In this document: in pieces, positions 1-8,300 of the stretch | How positions within the stretch are numbered: position 1 is the first letter of the stretch | How the letters are laid out: each line of letters begins with the position of its first letter | NCBI GenBank assembly: GCA_021791395.1 | Contig: JAJYWR010000006.1 | Span: forward strand, 1 to 52,303 | Length of the DNA stretch: 52,303 bases | Origin: a bacterium | GTDB lineage: Bacteria; Patescibacteriota; Minisyncoccia; UBA6257; GWB1-50-10 | Direction: 5' to 3' | Made by a program: the position numbers and the translations under genes | Notes under the pieces: model-generated | Seen by the model: the letters and a program-made list of their open reading frames with translations, nothing else | Databases searched by the model: none | Told to the model about the DNA's origin: nothing

Positions 1-100
1 TAAGAAGCGAAAAACCCGGATTCGATGAAGAAGAAATGGTGAAGAGCCTGCCGAACGAAACGCCGCCTGTCGGAGTTATCAAGGCACTCGACGTACCCAT
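1..100. repeat. inverted repeat, left copy (pairs with 2413..2512)
   Basis: The reverse complement of 1-100 aligns without gaps to 2413-2512 at 85/100 identity. Longest exact runs are 14 nt (actccgacaggcgg; ggcaggctcttcac). Confidence 0.9.
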
Positions 101-151
101 GGCTGCAACACAATGGAGCACTGTTTGAACTTGATACGGGTATGAATCCAT
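1..151 (-). CDS. 5'-truncated paralogue of the 2263..7809 surface protein; no signal peptide or promoter; continues beyond the left edge; possible silent cassette
   Basis: The minus-strand frame offset by one from the recombinase frame reads TAG(181-179)...ATG(151)...MGTSSALITPTGGVSFGRLFTISSSSNPGFSLL. This is identical over 32 aa to residues 52-83 of the 2263 protein. Confidence 0.5.
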   Translation of the reverse strand, partial: MDSYPYQVQTVLHCVAAMGTSSALITPTGGVSFGRLFTISSSSNPGFSLL

Positions 152-1697
152 AGACGTGTAGTTCACTCTGAGTTGCGACTATCCTGTCTACTACATTTCT
201 AATTATGACTTGTTTCGCTGCGAAATCCAATTCCCCGAGATGCTCCGCCGCCAGCTTCGCAAAGGTTTGTATTTCATTCTGACGAGGCAAAGCGAGTTCT
301 TCGCTTTCTTTCTTCTCCGCCGCTGCCTTTACCAATGCACCTTTCAAAGAAGTGATCCTATTCCTCACCGGCTTCGTGTACTCGTCCAATTTCTCAAGTG
401 AAAGAAATCCCGCGCCATATGCTTTCATGTAACGCTCCTCCTCTGCGCCTAACCTCGATATCTCCTGCACCACTACATGGATCTCGGTCGAAGACCTTCT
501 CTTCTTTACGTTTCGCCGCGCGACCCATTGCTTGATCTGATCCGCAAGCAATCTTGGAGAACTCATGAGTGAAGATAGCTTCTGCCACACAAGCTCATCG
601 GCCAAGGTCCCGTTCACCGCCTTCTCATGGCAGGCGGAAGGCCGCGGAAATGTGTGGAGACCCTGAGTGCAAACATAGTACTTGAGTTTGCCCTTTCGAA
701 TAGCGTTACCGTTGCGGCGGTAACCGCAACTGCACCAGATCTTTCCGGCAAGCAAGTACGAATACTTCCGGTGCCTTCTCGAGAAGGTGAAATTAGCCTT
801 AAGTCTTTTCTGCGCTTGCTCAAACAAATCCCTTTCTATAATCGGGGGAACCGGGATCTTGATCCACTCGCTCCGTGGTCTGACTCGGCTACTACTTTTC
901 TTCGTCTTCCGGTATTTATCCATCTTCATCGGATGCTCAGGAACGACCGGGCGTGTCTTCCCATAGTAGGCGTCGCCCATGTACGACTCATTCCTCAGAA
1001 GTCGACAAAGAGTACCGGTTGTCCATGTGCCCCGTCCGCTATTCCTCGGCCTGATGTTTTGTTCGTAGAGGCGCTTCACAATCCCCCTGATCGTCAGTCC
1101 CTCATAGGCAGCCCAGGAGAAGATATTCTTTACTACTCTTGCTTCATTCTTGTTCACCTCGTAATAACCATGCTCTCTGTCGTGGCGTCGGACATATCGG
1201 TAGCCGTAAGGAGCAACGCTGCCAAGAACATGCCCTTCTTTAACCACGCGCAGCTTGCCGAGCCGGAACCGTTCAGCAATCTTTGCTCTCTCGTATTCGG
1301 CGAACAACCCCTTCACTCCTTGAAGAATCCTTTCCTCGCCGTTCCTCGGAACAGGGGTTGTCACAAAGAGTACTTCGGTCCCTGCCTCCCTCAGTTCGTC
1401 CATGACCAGTTCCTGATATGAGTAACGGCGAGCCAAACGGTCTGGATCATACGCTAGTACCGCCTCCCAGATTTTGTTCTTCGCGTCCTGCCGCAGCTGA
1501 TCGAGTTGAGGCCGTACCAGGATATCCCCGCTCCACCCATCATCGATATATTCTTTCACAATGGTATAACCGTTCTCTTTGGCGAATTCCCTCACCGCAG
1601 ACAATTGTGTCTCAATTGTCTTCTCCTCTTCCTGTTTTGCCGTCGATACCCTCGCATAGACGGCGATGAGTTTTATTCCTTTCTTGATTTCCTCCAT
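1..1697 (-). CDS. large serine recombinase (3' end runs off the left edge; no stop codon in window)
   Basis: Hand translation of the minus strand from ATG 1697-1695: MEEIKKGIKLIAVYARVSTAKQEEEKTIETQ...AYDPDRLARRYSYQ...GKLRVVKEGHVLGSVAPYGYRY...WCSCGYRRNG...KYYVCTQG. It has the resolvase catalytic-Ser motif, a recombinase domain, a Cys-rich zinc ribbon and a coiled-coil tail. The frame stays open to nt 1, which is why it is missing from the supplied ORF track. ORF 627..1421(+) is its antisense shadow. Confidence 0.9.
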   Translation of the reverse strand, partial: MEEIKKGIKLIAVYARVSTAKQEEEKTIETQLSAVREFAKENGYTIVKEYIDDGWSGDILVRPQLDQLRQDAKNKIWEAVLAYDPDRLARRYSYQELVMDELREAGTEVLFVTTPVPRNGEERILQGVKGLFAEYERAKIAERFRLGKLRVVKEGHVLGSVAPYGYRYVRRHDREHGYYEVNKNEARVVKNIFSWAAYEGLTIRGIVKRLYEQNIRPRNSGRGTWTTGTLCRLLRNESYMGDAYYGKTRPVVPEHPMKMDKYRKTKKSSSRVRPRSEWIKIPVPPIIERDLFEQAQKRLKANFTFSRRHRKYSYLLAGKIWCSCGYRRNGNAIRKGKLKYYVCTQGLHTFPRPSACHEKAVNGTLADELVWQKLSSLMSSPRLLADQIKQWVARRNVKKRRSSTEIHVVVQEISRLGAEEERYMKAYGAGFLSLEKLDEYTKPVRNRITSLKGALVKAAAEKKESEELALPRQNEIQTFAKLAAEHLGELDFAAKQVIIRNVVDRIVATQSELHVYGFIPVSSSNSAPLCCSHGYVECLDNSDRRRFVRQALHHFFFIESGFFAS

Positions 1698-1882
1698 GGA
1701 TGCTTCGTGGACGAATGCTCGTCGAGAAACTTCTTAAGTTCGCCCTTTGGGATGCGCCATAATGCAGTCCTTCCGCTTCCGAGCTTGTACCCCCTAATGA
1801 GTCCTCCCTTGAGCCATCGCTCAACTGTCCTTCGGTTGACTCTAAGGTACCATGCCACTTCATTCCTCGTCATGAATTCCAT
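1673..1882 (-). CDS. helix-turn-helix DNA-binding protein (excisionase/MerR-like HTH)
   Basis: MEFMTRNEVAWYLRVNRRTVERWLKGGLIRGYKLGSGRTALWRIPKGELKKFL is a typical excisionase-family HTH. It overlaps the recombinase start by 25 nt. The track start at 1918 is the TTG of a -35 box, so I moved the start to ATG 1882. Confidence 0.75.
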   Translation of the reverse strand: MEFMTRNEVAWYLRVNRRTVERWLKGGLIRGYKLGSGRTALWRIPKGELKKFLDEHSSTKHPWRKSRKE

Positions 1883-1888
1883 GCATCC

Positions 1889-1918
1889 ATTATATACCAT
1901 ATTTTGCCTAGCTGTCAA
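1889..1918 (-). promoter_or_regulatory. sigma70-type promoter for the HTH-recombinase operon
   Basis: The minus strand reads TTGACA (1918-1913), 18 nt spacer, TATAAT (1894-1889), then 6 nt to ATG 1882. This predicts a leaderless transcript. Confidence 0.6.
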
Positions 1919-2246
1919 CCTTTGATGGACGCGCTGCTCTCTCGGCCTTCCGACATTCTGCCCACTTGGTCTTTAGGACATCATCGAAAAGAAGATCGAA
2001 TGCCCGATCTAAGCCATCTTGCGCTTCCTTTTCCTGTCCCTTAACCGATTCGTAAGTTACGACCGGCACTTGGTCTTCTTGTTTTGGCATCGTGCGTGGA
2101 CCAAATCAATTACGTATCTCATTAATCTAACGGACAATTCGGTTTCCTATAAGCCAGGGAAATTTGTCGAGCGTGGCAGTTTCGCCAGAGATATGAGGAT
2201 CCCTGTGCCACGAAAGCGAGAAGCCCTCCATTCGACATAACCACTC

Positions 2247-2255
2247 TGGTATAAT
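2247..2255 (+). promoter_or_regulatory. extended -10 promoter element of the giant surface protein gene
   Basis: TGgTATAAT at 2247-2255, 7 nt upstream of ATG 2263. Confidence 0.45.
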
Positions 2256-2262
2256 TAAGGAA

Positions 2263-5200
2263 ATGACCAGAAGGAAATATCTGATCTTGATTTTTGCGGC
2301 GGTGCTTGTTTTGACTCCGGCAGTGACAGCGTTCGCTCAGTTCGTTGGTCCTTCGCAGACCCCGCCTGCGGGAGGCGGGACGCTCCAAGTTGACTCCAGT
2401 TACAATGTGGGATTGGGCACCTCAAGCGCCTTGATTACTCCGACAGGCGGTGTTTCGTTTGGCAGGCTCTTCACGATTTCCTCTTCGTCGAATCCGGGCT
2501 TCTCACTTCTCACTGGTAGCAACCGGTACACCTGGTATGCCGATACCGCATCGGGAACGCTAAGCCTTGCCGGTTCCACCAACGGGAGCGGGGGAAACAG
2601 AGTTCTTCAGATTACACCGAACGGATCAATCTACGGTTACGACTACCACAGTATCAACAACCAGAACTACTACGTCGATCCGGGCTTGAGCATCATGCCG
2701 TACTCCGCGATATTCGCCGGCAGTGTTGGAATTGGAACAACGGCGCCGGGGTATAAATTAGATGTTAGCGGGCAGTCAAGATTTAATGGAGGGATGGAAA
2801 TTGGACCAAATACCGCATGGGATCATATAGCCCTTTCAATTGATAAAACAGTTAACGCTTTTGCAAACGGAAACTGGATTAGAGGTATTGATATTGGTAC
2901 GCCTTATAACGTGGGATCTTATGCGGTTCAGCAAGCCAACGCTATTGAGATTGCCTCGCCAACTTTAATCGGCACCGGAAGCATAGTTAATAGTGCACAG
3001 CTATATATACGTAACCCTGGTACAGTTGCATCAAATAATTATTCTATTTATTCTGAGGCCGGCACAAATTATTTCGGCGGCAACGTCGGCATCGGGACTA
3101 CTAACCCATCGACCCTGCTGGATGTGAATGGCCTTTTTACGTCCAGAGTGGCAAGCGGTGTGGGTGCCGGTGATTTAATAATGCAAACTGGCTGGACCGG
3201 GAACGCCGGCGGCTACATAGATGTGTACACCGATAATGTTGTTCGGAGTCAGATAGGTTCCTACAGTGGCACGAATACTTATTTCAATGCCGGAGCTGGC
3301 GGTTATGTTGGTATTGGAACGAGTACCCCCTCGACGGCTGGTCTGGTTGTAACATCGAATGTGAGCGGAGTAGGAATCGATGTGGCGGGCAACCGCATCG
3401 CGAATCTTGGCACGCCGGTGAATCCGAACGATGCGGCGACAAAGAGTTACGTCGATTCTTCGTACGCTCCCGGCGGATCGTCCGGCAACGTCGGCGGTAC
3501 GGGTACCTCCGGCTACATCCCGAAGTGGACCGGTACTTCGACAATCGCGAATTCTCTAATTTATGACAATGGAACCAACGTCGGCATCGGAACGGCGAGT
3601 CCGGGGGCAAAATTGGATGTAGCTGGGGGAATAAATCTTAGTGGTACTCTCAATCAAGGTACGTCACTGTGGGCTTCTTCGGGCGTCCATACTCTTTACC
3701 AATCGGGCGTATATGGAGATGCAAGGACAAGAAGTTTGTATATCCAGACGTACAATGATGGGAGTAATAATGCTGATGTGTGGCAGTTATTTGGAGGAGA
3801 TCTTGATGCCAGTTATACGCTAGCTTCTCCAAAATTTGCGACATGGACTGCATATCCGGGATTTGCCATGGGTAAAACGAACACTGGTTTAATGGAATTT
3901 GTTACTTATCAGTCGACGGGCACCAATTGGAATCCGGTTAGCCCCACAAATATCATGACGTTCAACGGTGCCGGCAACGTCGGCATCGGAACGACAACGC
4001 CGACAACTGCCGGCCTCGTTGTGGCGACGAATGTTTCAACCGTTGGCATCGATGTCCAGAATAACCGTATTGCGAATGTCGGCACGCCGATCAACGCAGC
4101 GGATGCGGCAACCAAGAACTACGTCGATTCTGCTTTTGCAATGGCAACCTCAACGCAGTACTGGGCACTTTCCGGTTCGAATCTGTACCCGGACAGCACG
4201 TCGTATAACGTCGGCATCGGGACGACAGCACCCCAGACGGCTTTGGATGTTAGAAACGGCATCATCACCGCTGGGAGTAGTGCATCTGTGAATGGCTCGG
4301 TTATTTTACAGGGTTACTATAGCGGCAGCACTGCATTAAGTGTGTGGGGCTCCGAAGAGTCGAGTGGTGCACCAGTCATGGGTTATGGTGTTAACCCAAG
4401 CACTTCCACTCCAGGTAGTTTCTTATCCTCATCTGGCATCAGTAGCCTAAACCGTGCTGCAGTGACCGTCGGTGGCAGTAGTAGTGGCGCTGGGAAAATT
4501 ACATTCTTTACCGGTCCTGCTCAAACAGTTGCTGTGGGATCGCCGGTTACCATATCGCCGGTAATGACCATTTCGAATAATGGCAACGTCGGCATCGGGA
4601 CGACGGCTCCCACAACCGCTGGCCTTGTGGTTTCGACGAATGTTTCGAGCATCGGCATCGACGTGAACAACAACCGTATCCAAAATGTTGGTACCCCAAT
4701 CAACGCAGCCGATGCCGCGACGAAATCATATGTCGATTCTGCAATCACGACGGGTGTGAGCGGCGGCGTGAACGGCACAACCGGCTACCTCGCGGAGTTC
4801 ACTGGCACGAACACCGTTGGGAATTCTGCCATCTACCAATCGGGGAGCAATATCGGTATTGGGTCAACTGCGCCAAATGCAAAGTTGACGATTAACTACA
4901 GTGGAACTCCGACAAATCTTTCTAATGCCTTGGTTGCCTATGGTACAGGAGCACTTGGAACTACGGCTGGCAGCTATGCTTATCCAGCAGAGATTATGAA
5001 CAGTTGTGGTAATCTCTGTCGTTTACAGTTTGCAGCCTATAGACGCGATGCGGGAGGTGGGTGGAATGGTGCCGCCTTTAGAATTCAGTATGGAGTAGAC
5101 AATTCGTATACCACAAGTTCGCGTGCATACATAGAGGAAGGTGCGAGATCTGATTACAATGGCTATATTGTTCTTGGGACGAATGGCTCAGATGCAGTAT

Positions 5201-7809
5201 ACATAAACGGTTCTGGCTATGTCGGTATCGGTACCTCAACCCCTGGAACTAATCTTGATGTGAACGGGAACATTAATTCCCAAGTTTACTACGACCGCAA
5301 CAACACGAATTATTATGTTGAGCCATCGGCCGCCATCCTGCCGTATTCCGCAGTCTTTGCTGGTTCGGTTGGCATTGGAACAACTGGCCCGACATCAATT
5401 GTCCAAATAAACGGTGGCGAGGGCGCACCGGCTACGAGCGGAAACATGAATACGGGGTTGATTCTTTCACATAGCATGGGTGGCCCGGCGTTAAACATTG
5501 GAGTACAAAATGTCGGTTTAGGGACAAGTTATGGTTGGCTAAGCTCGGCTTACGCAAATAATGCAGGGGCGTATAATTATCTTGTCTTGCAGCCAAACGG
5601 CGGCAACGTCGGCATTGGGACGACGGCGCCGGGGCAAAGTCTGACGGTGGCAAATACACTGGCTGTTACTAATACCTCCGGGACGCAATTTTTTCTTATT
5701 GGTAATCAGGATTCAGCCGGCGTCAACAATCCTGGGATAATCGCTGGTTCGAATGGTGCTCTCAGATTTGGACATGGTTCAAGTTGGAGTGGGTCGGGTG
5801 GAACGCTCACAGAAACTATGCGATTAAGTAGTGCGGGCGGTTTATCCCTTGGGAGCAGTTATGTATCAACAGATGCTGGGGCGGGGAATATGATAGTCAG
5901 CGGTAATGTGGGCATCGGGACGGCGAGTCCAGGGACAAAACTCGATGTAAGTGGTGATGTGTACTTGGGTCATCAAGGCACGCCAATTTCGGTTAACTCC
6001 GATTTCGGGAGCAGCGGCGTAGTGTTAGGCGCCAATGAGTATTACAGTGGCGGCTGGAACCTATTTAGCACAAGTATGTACGGTTTTCAGATTGATTTTC
6101 ATACTGCTACAAGCTCAACGCCCGCGGTCAATTTTAACTATTCGGCCCCGGCAGCTAATCCCGTTTCTTACACAACGGTGATGTCTATGTATCCGGGAAC
6201 CGGCAGTGTTGGTCTCGATCTCCATAATTATCGTATCCAAAATGTCGGTACGCCGATCAATGCAGCCGATGCGGCGACAAAATCATATGTCGATTCTGCA
6301 ATCACGTCAGGTGTGAGCGGTGGCGTTAACGGTACCACGAACTACATTGCGAAATTCACCGGCACGAACACGGTGGGAAATTCTCTGATCTATGACAATG
6401 GGACTAACGTCGGCATCGGAACGGCGGGGCCGGGGGCAAACTTACAAATTGGAGATACTTCAAGTGGTTACGTAAGGATAAATAAAAACGGAGGATGGAA
6501 CGAATATTATGCTTCCGAAGCATACCCGAGGGTAACTCTAAGCAGAGACGGAGCCGCATCGGGCGTAGCTGCCTTGATGTTTGGGTTTGGGAGTTCTCCC
6601 CCTAACAACATTATCCAAGCACTGCCTAGCGGTTCGACAGGAATTTCTATACCTAACGGCAACGTCGGTATCAATACCACCGCTCCCGGTACCAGCCTCG
6701 ACGTGAACGGAAACATCAACGTCGGTTCCGTTCTCTACGATCGCACGAATACCAACTACTACGTGAACCCTTCGGGGAATATTATGCCGTACGCGGCAAA
6801 TCTGAACGGGGGTATAAATATGAACGGCAATGTCAACGTCAATTACAATACAGTTACATCTATCGGGCGCAAGCCAAAAGTCGTACTTGTGGGATATAAT
6901 TCGGGATCTCATCCGACATATGATTGGTTGGTCAATAACGGATATATTGTGGGTACTATTGATACTTCCACGCCGGTTGCTACGCTTGCCACACAAGACT
7001 ACGACATATATATGGTTGACGGATCGGCTTGGGGGGATGATTCTTTTAACACTACCCTTTACACGCTTTGGAAGAAATATGGCAAAAACATAATAGATAC
7101 CGGGAATGATACATGTTCGGGCCTTTACCCGGTAGCGAGCTGCACCAGTCAATCTGGATATTCAGGAGCTCCCGGCAATTATTATCATATTATTACAAGG
7201 GCTTATCAGTCGGTCACGGATATCGGTGCCAACGGCGACGGCGGCAATGTTATTACTGCTGTGCGTCCGCCCTTTCAAGTCATCTACACTCAAAATGGAA
7301 ATACGAGTCTTATAGAAGGCGTCATTGGAGAAAGTGAAAAAGGTGGTATTTGGTTCCATGATCAGACTGGATTTATGACTAATACCGCCGATGGTCAGGG
7401 AGTATTATTAAATGTTATAAGATATATGACCGGCGCTGACAGCCAAATGATCAGTTGGCGTATAGCCAATGCGGGATATCGTAATATATTCTCTCCGGAG
7501 GTTGATAATGGAACGGCGACGGGAGCTTCTACCATCGATTGGTCGCAAAGCAATACCCAGACGCTGGTTCTCGGGGCATCGCCGATCGCTCTTACCTTCA
7601 GTAACGGCCAAGCTGGCGCTCACTATACGCTTGCCCTGAAGCAGGATGCGACGGGGAGCAGACTCGTGACATGGCCGGCGAATGTCCGTTGGTCAAGCGG
7701 TGTCGCGCCGACCCTTACGACGGCCGCCAACAAGACCGACTACGTCGAGTTCGTCTATGACGGTCTTTCGAGCACCTTCGACGGCGTCGGCTTCAACGCC
7801 AACTTCTAA
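2263..7809 (+). CDS. giant secreted tail-fibre-like repeat protein (1848 aa)
   Basis: Signal peptide MTRRKYLILIFAAVLVLTPAVTAFAQ. Many GNVGIGTxxPxxxLDV repeats. Four copies of NRIxNxGTPxNxxDAATKxYVDS, a motif typical of phage tail-fibre proteins. The C-terminal ~320 aa are unique. Confidence 0.85.
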   Translation: MTRRKYLILIFAAVLVLTPAVTAFAQFVGPSQTPPAGGGTLQVDSSYNVGLGTSSALITPTGGVSFGRLFTISSSSNPGFSLLTGSNRYTWYADTASGTLSLAGSTNGSGGNRVLQITPNGSIYGYDYHSINNQNYYVDPGLSIMPYSAIFAGSVGIGTTAPGYKLDVSGQSRFNGGMEIGPNTAWDHIALSIDKTVNAFANGNWIRGIDIGTPYNVGSYAVQQANAIEIASPTLIGTGSIVNSAQLYIRNPGTVASNNYSIYSEAGTNYFGGNVGIGTTNPSTLLDVNGLFTSRVASGVGAGDLIMQTGWTGNAGGYIDVYTDNVVRSQIGSYSGTNTYFNAGAGGYVGIGTSTPSTAGLVVTSNVSGVGIDVAGNRIANLGTPVNPNDAATKSYVDSSYAPGGSSGNVGGTGTSGYIPKWTGTSTIANSLIYDNGTNVGIGTASPGAKLDVAGGINLSGTLNQGTSLWASSGVHTLYQSGVYGDARTRSLYIQTYNDGSNNADVWQLFGGDLDASYTLASPKFATWTAYPGFAMGKTNTGLMEFVTYQSTGTNWNPVSPTNIMTFNGAGNVGIGTTTPTTAGLVVATNVSTVGIDVQNNRIANVGTPINAADAATKNYVDSAFAMATSTQYWALSGSNLYPDSTSYNVGIGTTAPQTALDVRNGIITAGSSASVNGSVILQGYYSGSTALSVWGSEESSGAPVMGYGVNPSTSTPGSFLSSSGISSLNRAAVTVGGSSSGAGKITFFTGPAQTVAVGSPVTISPVMTISNNGNVGIGTTAPTTAGLVVSTNVSSIGIDVNNNRIQNVGTPINAADAATKSYVDSAITTGVSGGVNGTTGYLAEFTGTNTVGNSAIYQSGSNIGIGSTAPNAKLTINYSGTPTNLSNALVAYGTGALGTTAGSYAYPAEIMNSCGNLCRLQFAAYRRDAGGGWNGAAFRIQYGVDNSYTTSSRAYIEEGARSDYNGYIVLGTNGSDAVYINGSGYVGIGTSTPGTNLDVNGNINSQVYYDRNNTNYYVEPSAAILPYSAVFAGSVGIGTTGPTSIVQINGGEGAPATSGNMNTGLILSHSMGGPALNIGVQNVGLGTSYGWLSSAYANNAGAYNYLVLQPNGGNVGIGTTAPGQSLTVANTLAVTNTSGTQFFLIGNQDSAGVNNPGIIAGSNGALRFGHGSSWSGSGGTLTETMRLSSAGGLSLGSSYVSTDAGAGNMIVSGNVGIGTASPGTKLDVSGDVYLGHQGTPISVNSDFGSSGVVLGANEYYSGGWNLFSTSMYGFQIDFHTATSSTPAVNFNYSAPAANPVSYTTVMSMYPGTGSVGLDLHNYRIQNVGTPINAADAATKSYVDSAITSGVSGGVNGTTNYIAKFTGTNTVGNSLIYDNGTNVGIGTAGPGANLQIGDTSSGYVRINKNGGWNEYYASEAYPRVTLSRDGAASGVAALMFGFGSSPPNNIIQALPSGSTGISIPNGNVGINTTAPGTSLDVNGNINVGSVLYDRTNTNYYVNPSGNIMPYAANLNGGINMNGNVNVNYNTVTSIGRKPKVVLVGYNSGSHPTYDWLVNNGYIVGTIDTSTPVATLATQDYDIYMVDGSAWGDDSFNTTLYTLWKKYGKNIIDTGNDTCSGLYPVASCTSQSGYSGAPGNYYHIITRAYQSVTDIGANGDGGNVITAVRPPFQVIYTQNGNTSLIEGVIGESEKGGIWFHDQTGFMTNTADGQGVLLNVIRYMTGADSQMISWRIANAGYRNIFSPEVDNGTATGASTIDWSQSNTQTLVLGASPIALTFSNGQAGAHYTLALKQDATGSRLVTWPANVRWSSGVAPTLTTAANKTDYVEFVYDGLSSTFDGVGFNANF
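2413..2512. repeat. inverted repeat, right copy (inside the 5' coding region of the giant protein gene)
   Basis: See the left copy. All 14 differences within the shared 32 codons are third-position synonymous changes. Confidence 0.9.
4675..4830 (+). repeat. intragenic direct repeat, copy A
   Basis: About 85% identical by hand alignment to 6232-6387, including a 27 nt exact run (aaatcatatgtcgattctgcaatcacg). Confidence 0.8.
6232..6387 (+). repeat. intragenic direct repeat, copy B
   Basis: See copy A. The offset is 1557 nt, which is in frame. Confidence 0.8.
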
Positions 7810-7835
7810 TAAGGTCGATATGTTATAATAAAATT

Positions 7836-8297
7836 ATGGAGAAACAGAAGGGTAACGCGTCGGTTAAGTGGATAGCCTTGGGGGTCATCGTGGTCGTTTT
7901 GATTGGCATTTGGATATTCAACGGCACCAAGAAAGCTCAAAACCCGAATTACACATCGAATGCCTCATCGACCTCGACTGCCGATGTTGTGGCGGCAGCC
8001 GTAGCGCAGGATCATTTTTCGGTTGTTAATATCCGTGCCGAAAACGGCAAATTTATTCCTGATACTTTCACGGTGGCGGCCGGCAAGGTTTTAATGATCA
8101 ATTTCACGGGGGTTGACGGAACGTATGACCTCGGCTTTGCGAATCCGAAGATCGGTTTCGACGTCGTCGTGAAGAAGGGTGAAACGCAGGCGTTTGGATT
8201 CGATACAACCGGAAAGACAGCGGGAGATTACGTATTCCATTGCATTCAGTACTGCCCGAAGAGTGGTACGATGCAGGGGACGATGACGCTCCAATAA
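7836..8297 (+). CDS. membrane-anchored cupredoxin-like domain protein
   Basis: An N-terminal TM helix, an S/T-rich linker, then a beta-sandwich-like domain ending GDYVFHCIQYCPKSGTMQGTMTLQ. TATAAT at 7824-7829 lies 6 nt before the ATG. Confidence 0.6.
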   Translation: MEKQKGNASVKWIALGVIVVVLIGIWIFNGTKKAQNPNYTSNASSTSTADVVAAAVAQDHFSVVNIRAENGKFIPDTFTVAAGKVLMINFTGVDGTYDLGFANPKIGFDVVVKKGETQAFGFDTTGKTAGDYVFHCIQYCPKSGTMQGTMTLQ

Positions 8298-8300
8298 GGC

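Noticed and set aside
627-1421. 264 aa plus-strand ORF in the supplied track.
   Set aside because: It is the antisense shadow of the serine recombinase gene and has no recognisable motifs. The minus-strand frame carries clear recombinase motifs over the same nucleotides.
1908-2090. 60 aa minus-strand ORF upstream of the HTH gene, considered as a possible third gene of the recombinase operon.
   Set aside because: There is no SD or -10 box in front of it. The strong TTGACA/TATAAT promoter for the HTH gene lies inside its 3' end. No family was recognised, so it is probably not a gene.
2263-7809. Internal near-identical repeats in the giant gene as a possible diversity-generating retroelement (TR/VR pair).
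   Set aside because: No reverse transcriptase gene is present in the window. The 23 mismatches I counted between 4675-4830 and 6232-6387 involve all four bases rather than being adenine-specific. Both copies are in-frame structural repeats.
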